Part shown: positions 30,767 to 39,062 of the stretch, piece by piece
How positions within the stretch are numbered: the stretch's first letter is position 1
Layout of the letters: each line of letters opens with the position of its first letter
Virus record (IMG/VR): IMGVR_UViG_3300035670_000313
Location: 1 to 50,081 of that record
Direction: 5' to 3' (one strand)
DNA length: 50,081 bases
DNA from: a virus
Lineage: Duplodnaviria > Caudoviricetes
The notes under the pieces: model-generated
What the model was told of the DNA's origin: nothing
What the model saw: only the letters and a program-made list of their open reading frames with translations
Database searches by the model: none
Program-made: the position numbers and the translations under genes

Positions 30767-31431
30767 TAATCTACCTTCAATCCATTGACCCAAGTTCTGC
30801 CAGCGTCACCGCCCCAAGCGTCCCACGCAACGCGTCCTGGGCTTGGGTAGCCCTTCTCGCCCGCATTGAAACCAGTGGCCTGCTTGTCCACTGCATGGCG
30901 AGCAAAGTAAGCCCGCATCTTTACTACTACATCTCGGCCTACAGAGCCACCAGCAGCGAGCTGTGAAGCTCGACGGCGACCAGTCGCAGTAAAGCCATCG
31001 CCAGCCTTGCCTTCTTCAATCCACTTGATTGCTCGCTTAGCTGCACTCTGGACTCCAGCTGGAACCTTGTAGCTTGCAGCTGCTTCACGCAGTGACTCTC
31101 TTGCGTTTACAAGCCCGGGAGGAATCATTGCAAATCGACATGCGCCATCCTCTTCGATGTCCTGGTCAATCGCACTGCACTCAATCCCATCCTCGGTCAT
31201 CTGGTGGAACACACAGTTACCGCACTTTACACCAATCTCAAGGTTTGGGTTGTCAGCGGGTCCATCGTAGCCAGCATTTACTGCGCTGCCTTCGGACTGG
31301 AACTTGCCGAACTCTTGTACAACGCCGAGTAGAGCATCAACCACTGCCTTCTCGTCGCCATCAATCTGTGCGTAAAGGTCCTCGCTGAACTCTTTTACTC
31401 TAATAGGTAGTTTCTTTTTGCTCGCTGGCAT
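30766..31431 (-). CDS. Two-domain protein: HiPIP-like 4-Cys domain plus conserved phage domain (AWDAWGG)
   Basis: CGNCVF...C...IEEDGACRF; KMRAYFARH...PSPGRVAWDAWGGDAG. Confidence 0.6.
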   Translation of the reverse strand: MPASKKKLPIRVKEFSEDLYAQIDGDEKAVVDALLGVVQEFGKFQSEGSAVNAGYDGPADNPNLEIGVKCGNCVFHQMTEDGIECSAIDQDIEEDGACRFAMIPPGLVNARESLREAAASYKVPAGVQSAAKRAIKWIEEGKAGDGFTATGRRRASQLAAGGSVGRDVVVKMRAYFARHAVDKQATGFNAGEKGYPSPGRVAWDAWGGDAGRTWVNGLKVD

Positions 31432-31874
31432 TAATCCCCCCACCCTTCCTTTAATATAGTTGCATGTTTGTTATTGCGTAGGTAAATTATACCATGGCGG
31501 ACCGCGTCGTTGGCGTGGGGCCTGCCTGGGGCGTGGAATCCAAGCTTACGGAGTCGGTCATCTCCACAGAGTGCCTTTTGGCTTGGCTTCTGGTAGATAA
31601 TAGGTGTCAGTGCCTTGGGGTATAATGCTTCCAATGCACCGATGATGTAGACAGGGCTAAGGTCAGCCCCATAAACACCCTCTCGCAAGTCGAATGACTC
31701 ACAGATAATCTGGTCGAACTCCCAATCTTCTAGTTCGTCCCAGTGGAAGTCAAGGAATCCCTGCAAACCATTTGGAATCTGCCAAGTTTTGATTAGGTTG
31801 TACTCTGTGTCTCCGTATTCAATTATGGCTACTCCAGTTGTCCCGCCGGGGTCAAGGCTTAGCATTGTCGTCAT
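31431..31874 (-). CDS. RuvC-like Holliday junction resolvase
   Basis: LSLDPGGTTGVA, ICESF, HANDA. Confidence 0.8.
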   Translation of the reverse strand: MTTMLSLDPGGTTGVAIIEYGDTEYNLIKTWQIPNGLQGFLDFHWDELEDWEFDQIICESFDLREGVYGADLSPVYIIGALEALYPKALTPIIYQKPSQKALCGDDRLRKLGFHAPGRPHANDAVRHGIIYLRNNKHATILKEGWGD

Positions 31875-32034
31875 TTAACTTCTCCTCCTTCATCTTTACT
31901 ATCTGAGTCATCTGGTAGCAAGCCACCGACAACGGGTACCTGAAGCCCATTTCGTACTTCATGGCATGAAATAGAACTGCCTCTTGGTCGAACTTTACGT
32001 TATCGAACTTTGCGTTTCTACTGTAGTTATCCAT
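31852..32034 (-). CDS. Hypothetical protein
   Basis: 60 aa, coupled to neighbours, RBS GGAGG. Confidence 0.5.
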   Translation of the reverse strand: MDNYSRNAKFDNVKFDQEAVLFHAMKYEMGFRYPLSVACYQMTQIVKMKEEKLNDDNAKP

Positions 32035-34238
32035 TACGCCAATACCTCCAAGTATGTCTTACGATTGTCCACAACGGCATGTACCCTGGCTTGCGAACTA
32101 AGCGCTTCCACCATATCATCGAACTCCCTCTTCCTCTTATTATTGAACTTGCGGTAAGCCTCCTCGTAACGGACTCGGCCACCTCGGTCAACCACGAAGG
32201 CTTCGAGCTGGTCAACATCCCTCTGCCACTCGGACGCTGAGATTGCACTTGCCATGCGGACTAGGTTCTCGAACCACTCTTCCGAGTAGTGGATTGCAGT
32301 CAGCATGTGCTGTAGCTTGACTTCGTCAGACTTATCAGCCATCGCTAGCAAGATTGCACACTTCCAGACAGACAATGCAAGACGCTGGCGAGAAGGCTCG
32401 ATAGACTCCTTCTCTCTGTGCGACTCGGCATAGTTACCCATCTCCCACTTGTACTGATTGAAGCGCTCTAGCGAAGCTTGGCTGAGTCGGACTGGCCTTG
32501 GGTTGGGCTGGCCCTTCTTCTGCCAGTAAGTCACAGCATCAAACAACTTGCGAACCATCTCGTCGAGCATGGTGTCCTTGACAACCACTTCGTACTCGTC
32601 AGCCTGCTGGATGTCCTCCAACTCTCGGCTTCGCTCTGGTGCATCTGCGGTCACGTAGATAAAACGTGCCAAGAATCCAGAGCGGAAGTACTCAGTTGTC
32701 AGAACATCGGCAACCTTACTGGTGATACCCATCAAGTACATGATGAAGTTGGTCTCAGCACGTTCGGTCTGGCGCTTGTCCTTGGATGAACGAATCACAA
32801 CCGGGACACTACCGTCGTAAAGCTCGGTGTAACGCTCAGCAGCTGAGGCCATGTAGGTCTTGTTCATAAAGTCCTTGAACATACCCTGAACCTCATCGCG
32901 GTGCAGCAAGCTGGTCTTCTTGTCGCGGTCAGCAAGGATTGCAGTCACACCTTCAGGCGTAGCGTCCGAACCGATGTCAATCTGGTAGCCACCAAACTTC
33001 TCGTAGGCACGAATCACACGCAACATCAGGTTACGGCTGGTCGACTTACGAGTTAGCGTGGTCTCACCTAGCACCATGAACCACAGGTTCAAGCCCATCT
33101 TGCCGTAGCGTGGCACAGCGTAGCCCCAGTCGGAAAAGACTGCGGATAGCACAGTGAATGCCGAAGCAATCTGGTAGCTCAGTGCACCGTCGGTCTTGGA
33201 CCTAGCCCACTTTACATAGCTGTCGATGAAGGTTGGCTCAAGTGCCACGACCTCACGCTCATCCTCGGTAAGGAATGACACCTCAACCTTGTCGAATCGT
33301 GCAACAGGTGCGTCCTCAGTAATTGGCTCTGGCACATAGTTAGCTTCACCCTGCTCTGTGATGTAGCTCTGGTGCGCCCGCTGAATCTCACGCCACAAGT
33401 CACCGTCAGCATCTGAACGCTTTGGGCGGTCAGGGCTGTGGTACTTGTTGCACTTAGCGTGGCGAGCAACAGTGAAGACTTCCTCTGGGGTCAAGCCCTC
33501 GCGGAATAGCTCCATCTCCAGCTTCCAGAGTAGGCGTGACAGGTCAGCGTTGAACGCTGGCTGCTCCATGTACAAGCCGACAATCTGTGGGTTGTGAGAT
33601 AGCTTCTCAAGCACCTCAAGAATTGGTGGGAACCCCTCAGGCATCGGGAGGTCGGCCATCTCTCGGATAGGCTCGACCTCCACGTCGCCGTAGACTGAAT
33701 TGATGTCATCAAAGCTGTAAACCTGGCCGGTGCTGGTGGCTTCGATGGACCAAGACTCTTCGCGCTTTAGGTTGCGGGTGTTTGGCAGGCGAAGCAACTT
33801 AGTTGTGTTCCAGCCAGACTTGTCGCAGCCCTGGTGAGCATGTGCGTAGGCAATCTTCTTCGCTAGCAAGGCAGCTTCAAGCGGCTCGACCTCTTGGTCA
33901 AGCATCCAGTAGGTGTGCCATCTCTTGTCTGAAGTTTGCACAGAGATGCTAGGCTCAACTAGGAAGTTCTCTGGCTGGCAAGCATCAGCGTCGGCGTAAA
34001 TTACGTGAACGGTCTTGGCGTTCTCTTTGATGCGACGCGGTGCGTTAAATAGGATTGGGGAAAAGTACACGTCCTCCATGGCGTGAGCAGTTGCAAAGGC
34101 AACCATCTCATGCTTCTGCTCTGGGTACTCGTAGAACTTCTGCTCGGTTAGGTCGCCAGTGGAAGCACTGCGTACGACAAGCGTAGCGATGCCTGTTGCG
34201 TCGCCATAAATCGCTGTCAAAAAGTCTGCTGTTTTCAT
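32034..34238 (-). CDS. Primase (RepB/AEP-like) fused to helicase-like domain (DUF3987-like)
   Basis: YADAD, QTS..RWHTYW, LLRLP.T.N; GETTLTRKST and LLHRDE. Confidence 0.8.
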   Translation of the reverse strand: MKTADFLTAIYGDATGIATLVVRSASTGDLTEQKFYEYPEQKHEMVAFATAHAMEDVYFSPILFNAPRRIKENAKTVHVIYADADACQPENFLVEPSISVQTSDKRWHTYWMLDQEVEPLEAALLAKKIAYAHAHQGCDKSGWNTTKLLRLPNTRNLKREESWSIEATSTGQVYSFDDINSVYGDVEVEPIREMADLPMPEGFPPILEVLEKLSHNPQIVGLYMEQPAFNADLSRLLWKLEMELFREGLTPEEVFTVARHAKCNKYHSPDRPKRSDADGDLWREIQRAHQSYITEQGEANYVPEPITEDAPVARFDKVEVSFLTEDEREVVALEPTFIDSYVKWARSKTDGALSYQIASAFTVLSAVFSDWGYAVPRYGKMGLNLWFMVLGETTLTRKSTSRNLMLRVIRAYEKFGGYQIDIGSDATPEGVTAILADRDKKTSLLHRDEVQGMFKDFMNKTYMASAAERYTELYDGSVPVVIRSSKDKRQTERAETNFIMYLMGITSKVADVLTTEYFRSGFLARFIYVTADAPERSRELEDIQQADEYEVVVKDTMLDEMVRKLFDAVTYWQKKGQPNPRPVRLSQASLERFNQYKWEMGNYAESHREKESIEPSRQRLALSVWKCAILLAMADKSDEVKLQHMLTAIHYSEEWFENLVRMASAISASEWQRDVDQLEAFVVDRGGRVRYEEAYRKFNNKRKREFDDMVEALSSQARVHAVVDNRKTYLEVLA

Positions 34239-34265
34239 TGCTCCTCCATTCTGGTTGTCCTCCTA

Positions 34266-34300
34266 TAAACTTAAGTAAGCCCTCCCGTTACTTAAGTTTA
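34266..34300. repeat. Perfect 13-bp inverted repeat upstream of primase
   Basis: TAAACTTAAGTAA-gccctcccg-TTACTTAAGTTTA. Confidence 0.85.
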
Positions 34301-34323
34301 ATCGCATAAGCTTAATTATGCAG

Positions 34324-34402
34324 TGCCCTAGCTGAGAGTCGAACTCAGCAGTCCATAGAGATGAAACGGAGGAGGGAGGAGATGGACCACTCCTGTTAGG
34401 GC
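34324..34402 (-). ncRNA. tRNA-like RNA 1 with anti-SD loop in place of anticodon loop
   Basis: GCCCTAA..CTAGGGC-A acceptor, CTGAG-TTCGACT-CTCAG T-arm, GTCCAT/ATGGAC stem closing a 25-nt pyrimidine loop. Confidence 0.7.
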
Positions 34403-34406
34403 TTGT

Positions 34407-34478
34407 GATGGTAGACGAGCAGAAGACGTAATCGAAGTTTTTGCTAGTGAAGTAGGTTAGCAGAACCCGCCTACCATC
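34407..34478 (-). ncRNA. Structured RNA between two tRNA-like modules
   Basis: 14-bp closing stem GATGGTAGGCGGGT/GCTCGTCTACCATC, inner hairpin TGCTA/TAGCA. Confidence 0.55.
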
Positions 34479-34479
34479 G

Positions 34480-34530
34480 TCCCTAGCCGAGAGTCGAACT
34501 CGGAGCGCCATTGCCATACCGTATCTAGGG
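34480..34530 (-). ncRNA. tRNA-like RNA 2 (acceptor + T-arm only)
   Basis: CCCTAG..CTAGGG-A and CCGAG-TTCGACT-CTCGG. Confidence 0.7.
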
Positions 34531-34532
34531 TT

Positions 34533-34560
34533 GTGCGTTTAAGCAGTCGCACCCCTGCCC
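34533..34560 (-). other. H-type pseudoknot in SSB 3' region
   Basis: GGGCAG/CTGCTT and GTGCG/CGCAC interleaved. Confidence 0.55.
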
Positions 34561-34572
34561 TTGTTTAGGAGA

Positions 34573-35037
34573 TTACCAAGGCTTCTCATCTACTGCGGTT
34601 GCGCCCAAGGATGCAAGAACATCCTCACCGCTAGTGGCCTTATCGAAGCCACTCACCTCGTTGCGAGGAGCGCCATTGATGTCCGAGCCAACCTTGACTC
34701 GAACTCCGATACCCTTGCCCAAGATATCGGCGGTAGCTGGAACCTTGAAGTTGCCAGCCTTTACGTCGTAGCCAAGCGACTTGAAGAAAGCAGCTGCCTT
34801 CCATGCGTCGTTGCCTGCGTACAGTGGGACGTAGCTGAAGACTCGGCGGTTCTCGTACTGCCCCTCAGAGATGCGGAACTGTACATTGAAACGCGGCTTG
34901 CCCTCGTTTGGTCCGGAGCGAACAGTCTCTTCCTTGATGTCGTAGACAGTCGCGTTGTAGGAGCCAGCAGGAATCGGGTCTAGTGAACCGGTCTTGGACT
35001 CAAGCGCATCTGCGCTAAATGAAATGGTGTAACTCAT
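34573..35037 (-). CDS. Single-stranded DNA-binding protein (DUF669-like)
   Basis: PIPAGSYNATV, GQYENRRVF, C-terminal KPW; follows Sak4-like ATPase. Confidence 0.75.
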   Translation of the reverse strand: MSYTISFSADALESKTGSLDPIPAGSYNATVYDIKEETVRSGPNEGKPRFNVQFRISEGQYENRRVFSYVPLYAGNDAWKAAAFFKSLGYDVKAGNFKVPATADILGKGIGVRVKVGSDINGAPRNEVSGFDKATSGEDVLASLGATAVDEKPW

Positions 35038-35798
35038 TATTTACCTCCCTTGATTAGTGAATAGATTTTCTTCAGGCTTGGCTCGGTAATCACCGGAGGC
35101 AAGTTGAAGCGGTTTTTGGTAACCAGTCTGTCAGATGACTCTACGACTAGCACACGCTGGGCTGAGCCGTCTTCCTTCTTCTGAGCGGTTAGGTAACCAA
35201 TGATGTCAGGTATTCCTGGCAAGTCCTTCTTGGAACCACCTGGGATGTTTGGAACGGTCTTCACCGCACCGGTGTTCTCATCCTTCTGGTCCTCGGCGTG
35301 AGTCAGAATGATGGAAGTGAATGGAGCAGAGTGCAAGGCTCGGACTGTATCGTTAGCCCAAATCTTCAGGTCGCCCCACTTGCCGAACTTGTTACCCTTG
35401 TTCTCTGGCTTCTCGCCAAAGAACTTCTCGGCCCTGTCCATCGCAACACCGAAGGTGTCGATGATAACAGTCTTGTACTTGTGCTTGACGTTGATTAGGT
35501 CAGTGATTACCCTATCCAACTTCTCGTGAGAGTCGACGTTGATTACGTCGACTTCCTTGAAGTCGCGGGCAATAGCTGATGCTCCACCCTCGACATCGAT
35601 TAGTAGCACAGGTGATAGCTCTGCAAGCTCAGCTGCTGAAGCAGCTAGCCAAGTCTTGCCTCGGCCTGCATCACCGTAGATAAGAATCGTCTTCGGTGCG
35701 TTGAGTGCCTCTGCCTTGTGAATAAACTTGGCAAATGATAGCTCTGGGAAGTCGCTTCCCTTGGTGGCAGCTGGTGCTGCGGTTGACGTTTCGCCCAT
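35037..35798 (-). CDS. Sak4-like / AAA_24 ATPase (recombinase)
   Basis: GDAGRGKT Walker A, VIIDT, ILTHA. Confidence 0.8.
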   Translation of the reverse strand: MGETSTAAPAATKGSDFPELSFAKFIHKAEALNAPKTILIYGDAGRGKTWLAASAAELAELSPVLLIDVEGGASAIARDFKEVDVINVDSHEKLDRVITDLINVKHKYKTVIIDTFGVAMDRAEKFFGEKPENKGNKFGKWGDLKIWANDTVRALHSAPFTSIILTHAEDQKDENTGAVKTVPNIPGGSKKDLPGIPDIIGYLTAQKKEDGSAQRVLVVESSDRLVTKNRFNLPPVITEPSLKKIYSLIKGGK

Positions 35799-35819
35799 AT
35801 TATTTCCTCCTATTTGTTA

Positions 35820-36527
35820 TTATAGCAGCCCTGACACTGAGCAGTTGAAGCACTCAGGGTGGCCTGCATATGACTCTGGATGAACTCCATTTTGTAGCTC
35901 CTCCCATAATACCACGAGCCTGTTCCACAATGCAACTGCAATAGACTCGTCGTACGCGAATGTGTATTCTAGCACATCCGAATCGCTGGTGCCGTCTCTG
36001 TTGATGAACACAAGCGAAATGTTATCAATTTGTAATCCAGACTGAGCCACGCCCCAAGCATAGAGTTGTGTCTGTCCGATGTACTTTTGCATCGTGTAGG
36101 TTGTGCCTGCATCTTGCTTGGTGCCATCGACCCATGCCTGAATCTTCTTGGTCTTTGCCCTGGTCGAAGTCTTCCAGTCTACCAAGTGGTTGATAGCTGG
36201 AAGCACAAGGTCGGGCTTGCTTGACACTGTGCCGTAGCCATCAATCTCTCCAAGCACAATCTTCTGCTCGACTCTTGCATCGACAAGTTCCTCTGCATCG
36301 GAGTGCTCAATAGCAGCTTCGATGGCTGAGTGAATCGCGGTTCCAACCTTGCCACCTAGCCAGTACTTGCTTGGCTCTGGCTCAACACCTGCCAAGGCCA
36401 GTGCCAAGTGCTTGGTGCATGGGTTAGATATCTGAGACGCTCCGACCTTCTTCTGGCCGTCACGCTCAGTCTTAGTGTTCAATAAAGAAATCGCTAAGTT
36501 CTTCAACCTCGAACCATTCGTAACCAT
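35820..36527 (-). CDS. Cas4-like PD-(D/E)xK exonuclease
   Basis: GASQ...C, GTAIH, PDL...DWKT, QLYA, C-terminal CFNC. Confidence 0.8.
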   Translation of the reverse strand: MVTNGSRLKNLAISLLNTKTERDGQKKVGASQISNPCTKHLALALAGVEPEPSKYWLGGKVGTAIHSAIEAAIEHSDAEELVDARVEQKIVLGEIDGYGTVSSKPDLVLPAINHLVDWKTSTRAKTKKIQAWVDGTKQDAGTTYTMQKYIGQTQLYAWGVAQSGLQIDNISLVFINRDGTSDSDVLEYTFAYDESIAVALWNRLVVLWEELQNGVHPESYAGHPECFNCSVSGLL

Positions 36528-37020
36528 TCTTGTACCTCCTCTTAGTGTAGTTGACTCCGCCCCAAATGCCGTACTCTTGACGGCTTGCTTCGGCAAAGTT
36601 ACCGCACTCCTTGATTAGCGGGCAACCTTCGCACAATGACTTGGCATCCCGCTTGCTTACGTGTTCTGGGTTGTCGAATATCTGTTGCATACTTCTGCAT
36701 GGCACGTCAGTCTTTTGTAACTTACTCTGCAAATCTGCAAACAACTTTGCCGAGTAGTCGTCCAAGAATACGCTCTGCGGAATTACGCTTGGCATTAGTG
36801 GCTCTGGCTTTGCCTTGGTCTTGCCTGCGTGTTTGTTCTCTTGGTACTTCTTGCGGGCATACCTTCTGCGACACTCTCGACAAACTCTGGTCTTGTCATA
36901 AGGACGGATAAAGGTATTCTCTTCGGTGAACTCATGTCCTCTGGAGCAGTGAGTACCCTTCGCTCGCTTGCGTCCCCATGGGTTGGACTTGTCAGCTTCT
37001 TCCCATACGTACTCTGCCAT
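36472..37020 (-). CDS. whiB: Zn-finger + WhiB-family transcription factor fusion
   Basis: THCSRGHEF..ENT...CREC then C-x21-CEGC-x5-C...GIWGG. Confidence 0.8.
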   Translation of the reverse strand: MAEYVWEEADKSNPWGRKRAKGTHCSRGHEFTEENTFIRPYDKTRVCRECRRRYARKKYQENKHAGKTKAKPEPLMPSVIPQSVFLDDYSAKLFADLQSKLQKTDVPCRSMQQIFDNPEHVSKRDAKSLCEGCPLIKECGNFAEASRQEYGIWGGVNYTKRRYKNGYEWFEVEELSDFFIEH

Positions 37021-37203
37021 TTAGTAATCCTCGTCGTAGTCGTAGTGCTTCGGTCTAACTTGTGAAGTCAGCGGTTGTGGTTTGAACTCTCTGGTGAACA
37101 CCATGAACAGTGGTAGCACAGTGGTCAGCAGGAATACGGCACCAACATAAGCTCCGAATCCAAGTATCAGTGCAACAATAAAGTAATGTATTGGCTCAGG
37201 CAT
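37021..37203 (-). CDS. Small membrane protein
   Basis: Hydrophobic N-terminal segment; RBS AAGGAG. Confidence 0.55.
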   Translation of the reverse strand: MPEPIHYFIVALILGFGAYVGAVFLLTTVLPLFMVFTREFKPQPLTSQVRPKHYDYDEDY

Positions 37204-38569
37204 CCTTCTCCTTCAAACTTGCTCGCAAGTCCAGCTCTCGCTGGAGTAGCGTATCTAATTGTCCTTCATCATAAGTGTCACGTGCCACGATGTCATACAC
37301 CTGCACCAATTGCTTCTGCCCACGCCTGCGAATGCGGTCAAGCACCTGCTGGTTTAGGATGTTGCTATCGCTGTGGCTCAGCCACACAACTGTGCGACAT
37401 GAATCCTGCAAACCATCCACGCCCTCGGCAATCGCTGGGATTACCGCCACGATGAATCGCTTGGAACCGTTGATGAACTCCTGCTTGGCCTGCTCACGCT
37501 GTGGCTGTGTTGCCGTACCACTCCACTCGAAAGCAGAACCCTCGCCATACTTGGCATTGAGTCGGTCGGTCACAATCTTAGCGTACTTCTGGCTATCTGT
37601 CAAGAGCAACATCTTCTCATCGGGGTTGTCCTCGATAATCTCCAGTAGCGCTTGGTACTTGGTTGACACTGCGTCATCCGCAAAGTAAACCTCGCCAGTC
37701 TCGGTCAGGCTTGGCACAGCTAGGGTCATCTGGCGCAACCGAATGCGGGCTGCAATTGGAACCTCTGCAACCAGTGGGTTCTCCTGCAACCAGACAACCA
37801 AGTCGCGCTGGAACTTCTCGTAAACCTTACGCTGGCTTGGGACTAGGTCAACATACCTAGTCTCCTGCACCACGTCAATGTTATAGTCTGGCTCTAGGCG
37901 GACATAGCATGGAAGGGTATTTGCGAATGCACCTGGTACCTTCTCGCCCAGAATCTCGACGTTTGAGAATGGGTTGTAAGCGGTGTTTGCCCAACGCTCT
38001 ACCCACTTCCAGAATGACTTTGGCACAATCTTGTCATCAGGCCAAAGGAATCTAGTCACTGCCCAGAATCCCTCGAATCGGTTGCCGAATGGCGTACCCG
38101 ACATGGACAACTTGAAGCCTGCCTTCAAAGTCTTGGCAACCTTGAATCCCTTGCTTGCTCGGTTCTGCATGAAGTGGCACTCGTCAACCAACACGATGTC
38201 TGGCACAACCTTGGCCCACTCCTTGGTGCGGAAGTACTCACGACCGACAAAGTACCAACCCTCTTTGCCCTCGGTAATGCCACGCATTGCGTCGCGCCCC
38301 TTGGTGCTAGAGTCAATCTTGAACAAGCCGTTCGCGGTGTACTCGGTCTGTCTCTGAATCGTATCGTGCCATCCCCAGTAGGTGTTTAGCGGTGCGATGA
38401 TTAGCACAGTCTTAGCCTTGAGTCTGAGTGCAACCTCGGTTGCCATCAGGGTCTTGCCAGTACCCATTAGGCTAGCATTCAATGCAGCCTTGGTGGGCTC
38501 TGCGACAATCTTCTGAATCGCAACCTCCTGCTTTGCATCAGGGGTCAGCCTTGGTAGCTTCGCTCTCAT
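37196..38569 (-). CDS. SF2 (SNF2-like) helicase
   Basis: MGTGKT, DECH, SGTP, EGVDGLQ, RIRRRGQ; RBS AGGAGG before ATG 38569. Confidence 0.9.
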   Translation of the reverse strand: MRAKLPRLTPDAKQEVAIQKIVAEPTKAALNASLMGTGKTLMATEVALRLKAKTVLIIAPLNTYWGWHDTIQRQTEYTANGLFKIDSSTKGRDAMRGITEGKEGWYFVGREYFRTKEWAKVVPDIVLVDECHFMQNRASKGFKVAKTLKAGFKLSMSGTPFGNRFEGFWAVTRFLWPDDKIVPKSFWKWVERWANTAYNPFSNVEILGEKVPGAFANTLPCYVRLEPDYNIDVVQETRYVDLVPSQRKVYEKFQRDLVVWLQENPLVAEVPIAARIRLRQMTLAVPSLTETGEVYFADDAVSTKYQALLEIIEDNPDEKMLLLTDSQKYAKIVTDRLNAKYGEGSAFEWSGTATQPQREQAKQEFINGSKRFIVAVIPAIAEGVDGLQDSCRTVVWLSHSDSNILNQQVLDRIRRRGQKQLVQVYDIVARDTYDEGQLDTLLQRELDLRASLKEKDA

Positions 38570-38692
38570 TATCCTCCTTGTGACATTCACAAATACAATC
38601 AACTGTGCTGGCAACTGCGTAGCAATTGCGGTGGTCATCCATCTTGCACCAACTGAAGATGGTGTACTGCTTGGGTGGTGGTGGCTCGGTGC

Positions 38693-38899
38693 CTAGTCTT
38701 CGCTTACCCAGAACTGAACTCCGATATACCAGTGAATCAGCATCAAGTGCACCGACCTATTCAGGTGGTCGTAAGTCAGCTCCAATCCCCAGTCTCCACT
38801 CTCGCCAAAGTAAATCTCGGCTGTGTGTCCGAATGAAATGTAGCCACCGCGGAACCATTGGTGCCATGCGAAACCTAGCTTGCCCTTTTGTCTAGTCAT
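38693..38899 (-). CDS. Hypothetical protein
   Basis: ORF with RBS AAGGAG before MTRQK. Confidence 0.5.
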   Translation of the reverse strand: MTRQKGKLGFAWHQWFRGGYISFGHTAEIYFGESGDWGLELTYDHLNRSVHLMLIHWYIGVQFWVSED

Positions 38900-39062
38900 T
38901 GCTCTCCTTTGATTTGTGTAATGTGTTCCTTTAGGTCGGCAACAGTCTTGCCGCAAGTGCAGTCTGTCCAGCCTGCATCAAAGCCAGCCCATTCGTGACC
39001 GTCATTGTCTTGAAGAATCTCTTGTCCAAGGCGAATCATCTCAGTCAAGTGTTCTTCCCTGC

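Noticed and set aside
34263-34517. 84-aa minus-strand ORF over the RNA cluster
   Set aside because: No RBS, unremarkable composition, and the region is fully explained by RNA stems.
34324-34530. Canonical tRNA genes or tmRNA
   Set aside because: No D-stem or 7-nt anticodon loop, no encoded CCA, no G3-U70 alanine identity and no tag ORF.
35820-36527. CRISPR-Cas system
   Set aside because: Solo Cas4-like nuclease in a recombination module; no array or other cas genes.
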